A stretch of DNA of 64,000 nt from Candidatus Omnitrophota bacterium. GTDB taxonomy: Bacteria > Omnitrophota > Gorgyraeia > Pluralincolimonadales > Pluralincolimonadaceae. Position 1 is the stretch's first letter. Every line of letters starts with the position of its first letter. The notes beneath the pieces were generated by a model. It saw nothing but the letters and a program-made list of their open reading frames with translations, did not search any database and was not told the origin of the DNA. Both the position numbers and the translations under genes were made by a program. This document shows, in pieces, positions 54,679-63,447 of the stretch. The stretch covers positions 5,659 to 69,658 of the forward strand of contig JAZDOX010000038.1 of the NCBI GenBank assembly GCA_043798215.1. Direction: 5' to 3'.

Positions 54679-54720
54679 CAATTAGCTCCCCCTATTTTAG
54701 CTTTTTGATATACTGAAAAT

Positions 54721-54767
54721 AAAAGACAAAAAATGCGCCCGCCTTATTTTTAATTAAATAAGTGGGC
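54721..54767 (-). terminator. Intrinsic terminator-like hairpin in the giant gene leader
   Basis: GCCC-A-CUUAUUU / AAAUAAG-GC-GGGC stem followed by GCA UUUUUUGUCUUUU, between promoter and SD. Confidence 0.65.
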
Positions 54768-54805
54768 TAAACCGAGATTAAACGCGCTATCTCCTCTTTT
54801 TTCAA
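54767..54805 (-). promoter_or_regulatory. Putative 12-aa leader peptide (uORF MKKEEIARLISV)
   Basis: AAGGAG at 54815-54820, 9 nt, TTG start; TAG stop overlaps the first base of the terminator stem. Confidence 0.4.
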
Positions 54806-54891
54806 TAGTAATTTCTCCTTTAAAAGATAATCATTTACATAATATTAATATAAAATTCACAAAGAATTAACGATTCTTTATTGACTTTTTA

Positions 54892-54920
54892 AGCATACAG
54901 TATAAGCTTATTTATGTCAA
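54892..54920 (-). promoter_or_regulatory. Sigma70-type promoter for the giant gene
   Basis: TTGACA (54915-54920), 17 nt spacer, TATGCT (54892-54897); predicted start ~54885, leader ~205 nt. Confidence 0.7.
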
Positions 54921-55003
54921 GGGTAATTTTTTGTCTTTTTAAGGTAAAATCTGCTGTGGCGGGATTCGGCCCTGCCTGCCGGCAAGGTAGGGATTATTGT
55001 AAT

Positions 55004-55179
55004 TTGAGAGCGTTGAAAAACCCTCAAAAAGCCGTTGTTCATATGGTAAAACTATGCTCTTGAATGTACTAAATTGGGACGCAGATAAACGCAGATTATC
55101 AGGATTTTTTAGACTTATCTGCGTAATCCCTATTTTCTGCGAAAATCTGCGTCCAGACGGCCTTTTGCAATGCTCTCAA
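55004..55179. repeat. MITE-like element with internal ACGCAGAT/ATCTGCGT inverted repeats
   Basis: Imperfect termini TTGAGAGCGTTGAAAAA / TTTTGCAATGCTCTCAA; inner GGACGCAGAT (55077) / ATCTGCGTCC (55145-55154). Confidence 0.55.
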
Positions 55180-55249
55180 TTTTTAAATTTATTTTTTTCA
55201 TATAACATATATTATAGGTTTGTCTATTTTTATGTCATTAAAATTGTCC

Positions 55250-55323
55250 TGTAGGGTTCAGGCCTGCCTGAACCTATAATTTAAACCAAATAGACAACGG
55301 GACGGGCAGGCCCGCCCCCTACA
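55250..55323. repeat. GTAG-type REP doublet (REPIN-like)
   Basis: TGTAGGGTTCAGGCCTGCCTGAACC...GGGACGGGCAGGCCCGCCCCTACA: two hairpins bounded by GTAG/CTAC. Confidence 0.65.
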
Positions 55324-55387
55324 CGTTTTCCATCAGCGCGCAGTTTTCAAGAATAAAGATTTTCGCCTGGAGCCGCACATTGAAAAT

Positions 55388-55416
55388 TTGACAGTAAGTC
55401 TCTCCTGAACTATAAT
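55388..55416 (+). promoter_or_regulatory. Consensus sigma70 promoter for cinA, likely leaderless transcript
   Basis: TTGACA (55388-55393), 17 nt, TATAAT (55411-55416); ATG 7 nt later, no SD. Confidence 0.8.
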
Positions 55417-55423
55417 GTTTTAA

Positions 55424-56746
55424 ATGGAAGCTGAAATAATCTCTATAGGAACCGAGATTCTTCTTGGGCAAATATTAAACACAAATCAACAATATCTCTC
55501 TTCGCGGCTTGCCGCGCTTGGAATTGACGTTTACCGCCATTCAACCGTCGGAGATAACCCTGAAAGGCTTATTTCCGCAATCCGGCAGGGCATTGAGCGT
55601 TCGGATATCGTAATTACTACCGGCGGATTGGGGCCTACGGTTGACGATATAACGCTTAAAGCTATTGCTTCCGCCTTCTCCAAAAAATTGATCTTTAATA
55701 AAGATCTCGCCGCGCAAATAAAAGCGCGCTTCGGAAGACAATGCGTTAATATGCCCAAAGAAAATCTGTGTCAGGCTTACGCGCCGGAAGACGCCGCGAT
55801 ATTAAAAAATAACGAGGGAACGGCGCCCGGTTTTATCATCGAGAAAAACGGCAAGATATTCATCGCCCTGCCCGGACCGCCGCGAGAACTCAAGCCGATG
55901 TTTGATAAATATGTCTTGGCATACCTTAAGAAAAAAACACGATCAGGCTGGATAATAAAAACCCGCGCCCTGAACATAACCGGTTTGCCCGAATCGGCCG
56001 TAGATAATAAAGTAGGAGACCTTCTGCGCGGCGCGCCGCCGGTTACAGTCGGAATATTCGCTTCCCCGTCTCTTGTCGAATTAAAGATAACCGCCAAAGC
56101 AAAAACCGAAAAACAGGCCAACGCGCTGATAGATAAGATGGATAAAAAAATTGCCGCGCGTTTAGGAGATTACATATTTGGGCGCGACAACGAGACTCTT
56201 GAAGGCGCCGTCGGGCAATTGTTAAAACGCTCTGGAAAAACACTCGCCGTAGCCGAATCCTTGACCGGCGGCCTAATCTCAAGCAGAATCACGGATGTGG
56301 CGGGAAGCTCGAAATATTTTATGATGGGCGGCGTAGCTTATTCAAATGAGACGAAGATCTCAAAACTTAAAATTCCCACGGGATTAATCAGGAAATACGG
56401 CGCCGTAAGCCGTGAGGCCGCGATTAAAATGGCGAAAAATGTGAGAGAGATCGTAGGAACCGATTACGGATTAAGCGTAACCGGAATCGCCGGACCTGAC
56501 GGCGCGACAAAAACCAAGCCGGTCGGGCTTGTCCATATCGCTGTCTCGACCCAAGAAGAAACAATCTGCCGGAAGTTCAATTTCATAGGCAGTCGAACGG
56601 TCATAAAATTCAACAGTTCTCAGGCCGCTCTCGATTTATTGAGAAAATATCTTACTGCTCAAAATAACAGATGTCATTCCCCGACTTGCAGACTGGGTCA
56701 CAATGTAGTTGCTCGATTTATCGAGCACAACATATCGGCCCAATAA
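55424..56746 (+). CDS. cinA: Competence/damage-inducible protein A (MoCF-like domain + NMN deamidase PncC domain)
   Basis: AEIISIGTEILLG, VGDN, GGLGPTVDDIT, LPGPPREL, AVAESLTGG, VTGIAGPDG, KPVGLV. Confidence 0.95.
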   Translation: MEAEIISIGTEILLGQILNTNQQYLSSRLAALGIDVYRHSTVGDNPERLISAIRQGIERSDIVITTGGLGPTVDDITLKAIASAFSKKLIFNKDLAAQIKARFGRQCVNMPKENLCQAYAPEDAAILKNNEGTAPGFIIEKNGKIFIALPGPPRELKPMFDKYVLAYLKKKTRSGWIIKTRALNITGLPESAVDNKVGDLLRGAPPVTVGIFASPSLVELKITAKAKTEKQANALIDKMDKKIAARLGDYIFGRDNETLEGAVGQLLKRSGKTLAVAESLTGGLISSRITDVAGSSKYFMMGGVAYSNETKISKLKIPTGLIRKYGAVSREAAIKMAKNVREIVGTDYGLSVTGIAGPDGATKTKPVGLVHIAVSTQEETICRKFNFIGSRTVIKFNSSQAALDLLRKYLTAQNNRCHSPTCRLGHNVVARFIEHNISAQ

Positions 56747-56778
56747 ATTGGGCAGCTACAATATGTTGATCTATTTAG
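56672..56778. repeat. Composite REP element, copy 1 (overlaps cinA 3' end)
   Basis: TGTCATTCCCCGACTTG-AGACTG-CACAATGTAGTTGCTCGATTTATCGAGC...GGGCAGCTACAATAT; highly similar to 59077-59183. Confidence 0.8.
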
Positions 56779-56871
56779 TCGAGAAAAAGGGTTACGACCC
56801 AGTCTGCGAGCCGGACAATGACGATATAAGATTAAATCTCAAATACATAGAAGAAAGTGTTTTTACAAAAA

Positions 56872-57450
56872 ATGGAAGAATTGATCCGATCCTTTATTGC
56901 AATTGAATTAAGCTGGGAAACGCGCGATGAATTGTCGCGCCTTCAAGCCGCCCTCAAAAAGTTAAACGCCGACATAAAATGGGTTGAGCCGGATTCCATT
57001 CATCTTACCCTTAAATTTCTAGGCGAAGTTGATTCCTGTAAAATCAAAGAGGCGGAAGAAATCCTAAATGAAGCGGCAAGCGCTTTGCCGGGGCCGTTTA
57101 ATTTAAGATTGAGCGGCATAGGCGTTTTCCCAAGATCAAACTATCCTAAGGTAATATGGGCCGGCCTCGCCGAAGGAACAACCGAGACAACCCAATTAGC
57201 CCAAACGCTTGATAAAAAACTGCGAGATCTTGGATTTTCTTTGGAGACAAGGGAATTTCTTCCTCACATAACACTTGGCAGAGTAAGATCTTTACGCAAT
57301 AAGGACGATTTGATTAAAATGATAGACTCTACAAAATTTGAACCGGCCTCGATAACAAAAGTAGACCGCCTCACGCTCTTCAAAAGCCGGCTGACTGCGC
57401 AAGGCGCCGTTCATGCCCCCATCTTTACCGCTAAAATAAAAACCAGTTGA
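56872..57450 (+). CDS. thpR: RNA 2',3'-cyclic phosphodiesterase (2H phosphoesterase)
   Basis: RSFIAIEL, HLTLKFLG, RVRS, PHITLGR; ATG 56872 preferred over GTG 56857. Confidence 0.92.
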   Translation: MEELIRSFIAIELSWETRDELSRLQAALKKLNADIKWVEPDSIHLTLKFLGEVDSCKIKEAEEILNEAASALPGPFNLRLSGIGVFPRSNYPKVIWAGLAEGTTETTQLAQTLDKKLRDLGFSLETREFLPHITLGRVRSLRNKDDLIKMIDSTKFEPASITKVDRLTLFKSRLTAQGAVHAPIFTAKIKTS

Positions 57451-57869
57451 GTGGTAAAATTCGCGTAAAGACCCGCGGCAATATCATCCAGGATAACGCC
57501 CCAGGGACTGGCGATCTTCTCTAATCTCTTAATGGGAAAAGGTTTGGTTATATCGAATAATCTAAATGCCGCGAAAGCCGTTAAGATAAAGACGGTTTTT
57601 TGCGGAATAAATAACAGCGCCGTCATCATTCCCGCCGCCTCGTCAATAACTATCCGCGCGGAGTCAGCTTTTCCAAATATCTTCTCCGCTTCGCTTACCA
57701 CAAAAAATTCGATCAGGATCAAACCTGCCAGACAGCTGAAATATAGCGCCGGCGGATCTTTAACAATAAAGTAAAAAATAAGCCCGCCCATAGAGCCGAT
57801 CGTGCCCGGCATAAGCGGCGCATATCCCAAATAAAAAAATGTGCTCAATATCCTTATAACCGTTTTCAC
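57411..57869 (-). CDS. pgpA: Phosphatidylglycerophosphatase A
   Basis: GYAPLMPGTIGS, IVIDEAAG, FRLFDITKPFPI, GVILDDIAAG; GTG start overlaps pgsA stop (GTGA). Confidence 0.92.
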   Translation of the reverse strand: MKTVIRILSTFFYLGYAPLMPGTIGSMGGLIFYFIVKDPPALYFSCLAGLILIEFFVVSEAEKIFGKADSARIVIDEAAGMMTALLFIPQKTVFILTAFAAFRLFDITKPFPIKRLEKIASPWGVILDDIAAGLYANFTTQLVFILAVKMGA

Positions 57870-58438
57870 GCAAATATCTTTCTGTTGCGCCAAAGAAACG
57901 AAACGCCTGAAATAAGCGTCAGAATAACGGCGATAAGGATAGAGATAAATATAAGATTCAAGACCCATCTTTCGGTCCCGTCATTCCAAAAGCTAAGATA
58001 TTTTGCGGCGTCCCTGAGCATCAAAAAAATAAGAACTATAAATATAGCTATCATCTGCGAGACCGTCTTATGCTTTCCCGCTTCCTCGGCCTCGATGACC
58101 CTGCCTCTCCCAAGCGCGAATATCCTTAAACCGGTTACCGCCGCTTCCCTCGTGATAATTATCACGACTGTCCATGCCGGAATAAGCCTTAACTCGACGA
58201 ACGCCAAAAAAGCGGCCAAAATAAGAATCTTGTCGGCAACCGGATCCATAAACTTCCCGAAATCGGTAATCTGGTTTCTTGTCCGAGCAAGATAGCCGTC
58301 AAGATAATCCGTCGCGCAAGCGGCGGAAAAAGTCAGAAAAGCCAGGAATTTCGCTCCTGTCCACCGCGCGAAAAGAAAATACATAAATACAAACGTTAAA
58401 ATAATTCTCGATATCGTAAGTTTATTTGATAAATTCAT
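57866..58438 (-). CDS. pgsA: CDP-diacylglycerol--glycerol-3-phosphate 3-phosphatidyltransferase
   Basis: MNLSNKLTISR, TDYLDGYLAR, TDFGKFMDPVADK, REAAVTGLR, GKHKT. Confidence 0.95.
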   Translation of the reverse strand: MNLSNKLTISRIILTFVFMYFLFARWTGAKFLAFLTFSAACATDYLDGYLARTRNQITDFGKFMDPVADKILILAAFLAFVELRLIPAWTVVIIITREAAVTGLRIFALGRGRVIEAEEAGKHKTVSQMIAIFIVLIFLMLRDAAKYLSFWNDGTERWVLNLIFISILIAVILTLISGVSFLWRNRKIFA

Positions 58439-58508
58439 CTTGGTATGAACCTGTTGCGAAATATCATTTTTTGCAATTTCCCGCCTTTATTATCCTAAAC
58501 ACAACAAT

Positions 58509-58594
58509 GTCATTCTGTGGCTTGACCACAGAATCCAGACATAAAAATAACTTTTAGCGTGACTGGATTCCCGCTAACAGATTGCGGGAATGAC
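58509..58594. repeat. GTCATT-type REP doublet
   Basis: GTCATTCTGTGGCTTGACCACAGAATCCAG...CTGGATTCCCGC...GCGGGAATGAC. Confidence 0.7.
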
Positions 58595-58655
58595 GTCTTG
58601 CAACTTAAAACAATTGAACTCATACAACTACTCGTGGTTCCGCGATACATTATTT

Positions 58656-59033
58656 TTAGTCTACAAGAAAATTGCTAAGAACGATGGATTTCAACCTTTC
58701 GAAATCAACGGGCTTTGTAACGTAGTCGCAACTTCCCGCGTCGGCGCATCTTCCGGATTCTTCGACATCCCAAATCGCGCTTACAATAACAACGGGAATA
58801 TTGGAATCAATCTCTTTAATCCGCTTGAGAGTCTCAAAGCCGCTCATCCCGGGCATCAATATATCCAGGATCACAAGCCCGGGTTTTTCAATCATAATTC
58901 TATGCAGGGCCTCTTCTCCCGACTGCGCCACTACTAATCTCCAGTTCTCGGCGCTTAATTTAATCGCTAATAACTCCAACTGTTGAACATCGTCGTCAAC
59001 TATTAAAACAGACCTTTTAGATTTTTCGTCCAT
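58656..59033 (-). CDS. Single-domain response regulator (CheY-like)
   Basis: VLIVDDD, LVILDILMPGMSG, VIVSA, DYVTKP; SD GGAGGG upstream. Confidence 0.92.
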   Translation of the reverse strand: MDEKSKRSVLIVDDDVQQLELLAIKLSAENWRLVVAQSGEEALHRIMIEKPGLVILDILMPGMSGFETLKRIKEIDSNIPVVIVSAIWDVEESGRCADAGSCDYVTKPVDFERLKSIVLSNFLVD

Positions 59034-59076
59034 TACCGCCCTCCTTGGTATTATCGTAACTCTTCGCCCATAAAAT

Positions 59077-59183
59077 TGTCATTGCCCGACTTGGAGACTG
59101 TGCCACAATGTAGTTGCTCGATTTATCGAGCCTGATATGTTAGCCCGATGAATCGGGCAACTACAATATCTTGATGAATTTAG
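59077..59183. repeat. Composite REP element, copy 2
   Basis: Direct repeat of 56672-56778 with a GTAG...CTAC doublet at 59110-59164. Confidence 0.8.
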
Positions 59184-59191
59184 CTGGTGCA

Positions 59192-59328
59192 AGCGGTTTC
59201 ATAAGCCTCTTTGCTTCAAGTTGCAAGACGTCATTCCCCGATTTATTCGGGGAATCCAGTCATGCTATAAAATGTGATTCCGTGTCTGGATTACCCGCAC
59301 AGGGCGGGTAATGACTTATGAAACCGCT
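59192..59328. repeat. MITE-like element enclosing a GTCATT REP doublet
   Basis: Perfect 14-bp inverted termini AGCGGTTTCATAAG / CTTATGAAACCGCT; inner GTCATTCCCCG...GAATCCAG / CTGGATT...AATGAC. Confidence 0.65.
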
Positions 59329-59374
59329 GGAGAATAACATTTAAAACTACTCGATCGTAACGCTCATTTATTAA

Positions 59375-61474
59375 TCAAACCTTCTTTAACCTTCTGATTT
59401 CCTGCAACAAATTTTCGGCAGAAAGACCTCCTTTCTGCTCGATGTGTTCAACGTTGCCGTTAAGCTTCTCTTTATCTTTAAGGGTTATGCTCTTTGCCGT
59501 AAGCACGATTATCGGAATATCCTTAAGCAAAGGATTACTTTTCATCTCCTCAATCACCTTAAAACCGCTCATCCTCGGCATCATTAAATCAAGAATCATT
59601 AAATCGGGCCTGGACTTAATCGCTAACTCTACGCCTTCTTTGCCGTTAAATGCCTTGATGGTCTTGAATCCCGCCGATCTAAGAGTTACCTCCGTAAGTT
59701 CCACCGCGTAAGGATCATCGTCCACGACAAGAATATTTATCGGCTTTCCATTTCTCGCCCCATCCATCATCCCAAACCTTCCCAAAATCTGAAAAAGTTT
59801 ACTCTTGTCCACGGGCTTAACCAGATAATCAATGGCTCCAAATTTCGAGGCCTCGCCGCTGTCTTCCATGACAGAAACTACTATAACGGGAATATCCTTA
59901 GTCTCGGGCAAATCCTTCAGCTCTTGAAGAACCTGCCAACCGTTCTTCTTGGGCAAATTAATATCCAGCGCAACTATATCCGGCTTTAGTTCCCTGGCCT
60001 TGTTAACCGCTTCCTCGCCGTCAAAAGCCGATAGAACATTATATCCTTCGGATCGAAGCGCTTCTGAAAGAAGCTCATTCTCCTGTGGATTATCTTCGAC
60101 TACTAATATGCTGGGAGTTTTATCTGCCAAAGCCGAAACAGCGCTCTTTTTAGCCGCTTTTTTTATCTCCACTATTGAGATTCCAACTTTCTCGCCAAAA
60201 GCCTTAACGCATCTGTCCAGCGAATAAACAACAGGAAACGTAAATATAAATTTGCTGCCCTTGCCTTCTTCGCTTTCCAACCAAATCTTTCCTCCGTGTA
60301 TCTCGATCAAGGTCTTTACCAGCGATAACCCCAGTCCGGTGCCGGAATATTGCCGCGAATACCCTTCATCAGCCTGCTGAAAAGGCTCAAATATGCGTTC
60401 CCAATCTTCTTTTTTGATACCGATTCCGCTATCAATTACCGAAATCTGAAATTCCTCTTTATCCTTTAAAAAAAGGGTCTCGATTTTAACGCTTCCTTCC
60501 TCAGGAGTAAACTTAATGGCATTGCTTAAAAGATTATACATTACCTGCTTGAACATCTTCTTATCGGCTGTCATCATTGGCGAATCCGCCAAATCTGGAA
60601 CCGTCAAGGATATCTTCTTCTTTAAAGCTAAAACCTTGACAACATCATTAACTTCCTTAATAACCTCGTCCGGGAAAAACTGTTCGGGACTAACCTGAAT
60701 CTTTCCGGCCTCGATACTCGCTAAATCAAGAAGGTCATTTATCAATTGCAAAAGGTGCCTTCCGGAAGTAAGGATATTATTCAAGTATTTTCCCTGAGTC
60801 GCGTTTAAGCCTCCGGATATGCCGTCCAATAAAACCTCGGAAAAACCTATTACGGAATTTAGCGGCGTTCTTAGTTCGTGGCTGACATTGGTTAAGAATT
60901 TAGATTTAGCCTCGCTTGCCCTGACTAACTCCTTATTAAGAATGACTAACTGCCGCGTCTTTGCCTCTACCCTTACCTCCAATTCCTTATTCCATACCTC
61001 AAGTTCCATTTTCGCTTTTTCGAGTTCTTGGTTTCTGGTCTCCAGCTCCTTTAATATCCTGCGATTTTCGTTCTTTAACCTGTATTCTTCCAATAAATTC
61101 TTAACGGTTAATCTCAAATCTTCGTTTTCCCAGGGCTTCTCGATATATTTGCTTAATCCCGCGTTGTTTATGGCATATATGGCCGAATCCAAGCCGGCGT
61201 ATCCTGTCAGCAAAATCTTTACGGTTTCTGGATGTTTCTTATGCACCATCTCCAGAAATTCCGCGCCCTTCATTCCCGGCATTACATGATCGGCAATCAC
61301 CATTTCCAAGTTCATTTGACCCTTTTCGAGTTCGTCTATAATCTGAAGGGCGTCTTCGGCGCTCTCAGCCAATCTTATATCATGGGTCTGACCCGCCAGA
61401 TCTTCCAAATTAAACCTCAACGAAACCAATACTGTCTGCTCATCATCAACGCATAATATTATTCCTTTAGACAC
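59375..61474 (-). CDS. Hybrid sensor kinase REC-HisKA-HATPase-REC-REC, cytoplasmic
   Basis: N-terminal receiver, SHELRTPL, NLLSNAIKF, DSGIGI, GTGLGL, two C-terminal receivers. Confidence 0.93.
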   Translation of the reverse strand: MSKGIILCVDDEQTVLVSLRFNLEDLAGQTHDIRLAESAEDALQIIDELEKGQMNLEMVIADHVMPGMKGAEFLEMVHKKHPETVKILLTGYAGLDSAIYAINNAGLSKYIEKPWENEDLRLTVKNLLEEYRLKNENRRILKELETRNQELEKAKMELEVWNKELEVRVEAKTRQLVILNKELVRASEAKSKFLTNVSHELRTPLNSVIGFSEVLLDGISGGLNATQGKYLNNILTSGRHLLQLINDLLDLASIEAGKIQVSPEQFFPDEVIKEVNDVVKVLALKKKISLTVPDLADSPMMTADKKMFKQVMYNLLSNAIKFTPEEGSVKIETLFLKDKEEFQISVIDSGIGIKKEDWERIFEPFQQADEGYSRQYSGTGLGLSLVKTLIEIHGGKIWLESEEGKGSKFIFTFPVVYSLDRCVKAFGEKVGISIVEIKKAAKKSAVSALADKTPSILVVEDNPQENELLSEALRSEGYNVLSAFDGEEAVNKARELKPDIVALDINLPKKNGWQVLQELKDLPETKDIPVIVVSVMEDSGEASKFGAIDYLVKPVDKSKLFQILGRFGMMDGARNGKPINILVVDDDPYAVELTEVTLRSAGFKTIKAFNGKEGVELAIKSRPDLMILDLMMPRMSGFKVIEEMKSNPLLKDIPIIVLTAKSITLKDKEKLNGNVEHIEQKGGLSAENLLQEIRRLKKV

Positions 61475-63437
61475 GCTTGGCTTCCTCCACTTGTTTTAAC
61501 GACTCTTTAGCTAATGCGGCCTTAATGGGCAAAACCACCTCAAAGCTTGTCTTGCCCGGAACCGATTCAACGTTAATCCGGCCGTTATGCTTCTCTACTA
61601 TCTGCTGGCAAATCCCCAACCCCATTCCCGTTCCCTTTGCTTTTGTCGTAAAAAACGGTTCGAATATCTTCCCTGATATCTCCTTGGGTATTCCGGGGCC
61701 GTCATCGGTAATCTTAACCGCCGCCATATCATCCTTTCGGTATGTTTCGATAACAATCTTGCCCTTGCCTTTCATTGCCTCGCAAGCGTTAAGAATGATG
61801 TTAGTCCATACCTGATTAAGCTCATTTACATAACAGGTGATTTTGGGAAGATCGGAAAAATTCTTTATAACTTCTATCCCGCCCCTTAACTCATTATTTA
61901 AGATCGTAAGCGAAGTATTAATGCCTTCATAAATATCAACCTCTTCCACCTTGGATTGATCGAGACGGGAATACGCTTTAAGGGCCTTGACTAATTCTAT
62001 AATCCTTTCGGTGCCGATATCAACACTCCTTAAATTGATAAAATACCTGCCTATATCTTGCAAGGTTTTCAACAATAATTTGGCGTCGGTTCTCGAAAGC
62101 AAATCGGCCATCCCCGCAAGCTCATCTTTAAGATGGAATTCGGCCAAAACACGCTCGGCTCCGGCAGGCAAATGAAGGTTTAGCTCGTTGGCTTTTTCTC
62201 TAATCTGCTTTGCCTGGTTCTCTTCTTCTTTAAGGCTCATCCCATTGCGCGTAAGAGTATTCGCGGCTGTCTTCTTGATTATCTCTAAATAAAAGGCTTT
62301 ATCCTTCTCATTAAAATTGAATTTGTCAATATTGACGATGTCGAAAAATATCCTCTCCATATTTGCTAAAACAAAAGAGATCGAAGACCTGATTACTCCG
62401 GCAGGGGTGTTTACCTCATGCGCTATGCCCGCTATCAGGCGGCCCAAAGAAGCCATCTTCTCCGATTGCACCAGCAAAACTTCATTATCCTTTAAATCCT
62501 TATAAGCTTTTTCTAATTTTTTGTTGGCCATACTGAGTTCTTCTGTCCTTGCCTCGACTTTCTTCTGCAAATCGCGGTTAAGTTCTTCTATCTCTCTAAC
62601 CGAATTTAAGAGCGCCGTATTCTGGCCTTCGTAAAGCTCGGCGCCCTCCTTTGCGATATTCTTATAATCCATAGCTCGTCCTATAAGATACCCGCTTAAA
62701 AGCAACGCTGCGAGAAACAACATATCTTCCGCCGAACCCGAAAAATATAACTTCCCGCTAATAGAATAAGCGATCCAAGCGATAAAAGCTCCTGTCAGAG
62801 ATCCTAAATATCCAAATAGCTGAGACGGTTTATTAACCCATGTTATTTCATATACGCAGCTGTCATCGCCTCTTGCCTGACATTTCGAATGATTTACTTT
62901 AGCCAAGGGAAGCCCCCATACTGTCGGTATGGAAGCGTAATTTCCCTGAAGGTACCGGCAGTTGTTGACGGTTTGAACAAATTCATCTAAATAATGAACT
63001 TTAATAATCGCTTTATTTTTTTTTAGCTCTAATAAACTAAGCTCGGCGGCCCTGCTAAGGTTATGGTTAAACCTGATTATATTCCCATAAGTTAAGGCGG
63101 GATTACTTAACACTCTTAGAATAAAGTGAAGACTTCCATAAGATTCTATTTTGGCGGCACAGGTTCCTGCTTCAAAGAGCGCATCGGAATTTCCGGCATA
63201 CTCCACTAACTTATCAAAAAGAGACGTATAATAACTAAACGTCAGCCAGTTATTTTCGTTCTCCAAATATTCTAACGGCATTCCTGTATTATGAATGAAT
63301 TTTTTTAACTCCTCTTTTCCATATTTACTCTCAAAATAGACCAAAAATGGTTTAATCGTTCTACAGTTCATTTCTAACCGGCTCTTAGAAAAACTTACAT
63401 TGGGCATCAAAGCTACCTTTTCTTTTTTATCAGCCAT
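61467..63437 (-). CDS. Membrane histidine kinase with N-terminal V4R/HNOB-like domain and two TM helices
   Basis: HSKCQARGDDSCVYEITW (V4R-like), two TMs, QSEKMASLG...AHEVNTP, NQVWTNIILNA, DDGPGIP, FEPFFTTK, GTGMGL. Confidence 0.9.
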   Translation of the reverse strand: MADKKEKVALMPNVSFSKSRLEMNCRTIKPFLVYFESKYGKEELKKFIHNTGMPLEYLENENNWLTFSYYTSLFDKLVEYAGNSDALFEAGTCAAKIESYGSLHFILRVLSNPALTYGNIIRFNHNLSRAAELSLLELKKNKAIIKVHYLDEFVQTVNNCRYLQGNYASIPTVWGLPLAKVNHSKCQARGDDSCVYEITWVNKPSQLFGYLGSLTGAFIAWIAYSISGKLYFSGSAEDMLFLAALLLSGYLIGRAMDYKNIAKEGAELYEGQNTALLNSVREIEELNRDLQKKVEARTEELSMANKKLEKAYKDLKDNEVLLVQSEKMASLGRLIAGIAHEVNTPAGVIRSSISFVLANMERIFFDIVNIDKFNFNEKDKAFYLEIIKKTAANTLTRNGMSLKEEENQAKQIREKANELNLHLPAGAERVLAEFHLKDELAGMADLLSRTDAKLLLKTLQDIGRYFINLRSVDIGTERIIELVKALKAYSRLDQSKVEEVDIYEGINTSLTILNNELRGGIEVIKNFSDLPKITCYVNELNQVWTNIILNACEAMKGKGKIVIETYRKDDMAAVKITDDGPGIPKEISGKIFEPFFTTKAKGTGMGLGICQQIVEKHNGRINVESVPGKTSFEVVLPIKAALAKESLKQVEEAKRV

Positions 63438-63447
63438 TTTTTACCCA

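Noticed and set aside
68-54664. The many short plus-strand ORFs in the track
   Set aside because: Antisense shadows of the giant ORF with Ser/Ile/Phe-rich composition, mostly fixed register and no family motifs.
1-54678. Alternative genetic code or stop readthrough as the cause of the long ORF
   Set aside because: No in-frame TGA/TAG/TAA seen in the parts read, and neighbouring genes terminate normally at TGA, TAA and TAG.
56709-56906. 65-aa ORF between cinA and thpR, and similarly 55054-55254 and 58590-58937
   Set aside because: They start in or run through repeat elements or lie antisense to real genes, with no motifs.
57870-57968. Longer pgpA start given by the track
   Set aside because: Overlaps pgsA by about 100 nt; GTG 57869 gives a typical coupled start and family N-terminus.
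54960-59330. CRISPR array, tRNA or known riboswitch in intergenic palindromes
   Set aside because: No regularly spaced repeats with spacers, no cloverleaf and no recognisable aptamer; the pattern fits REP/MITE elements.
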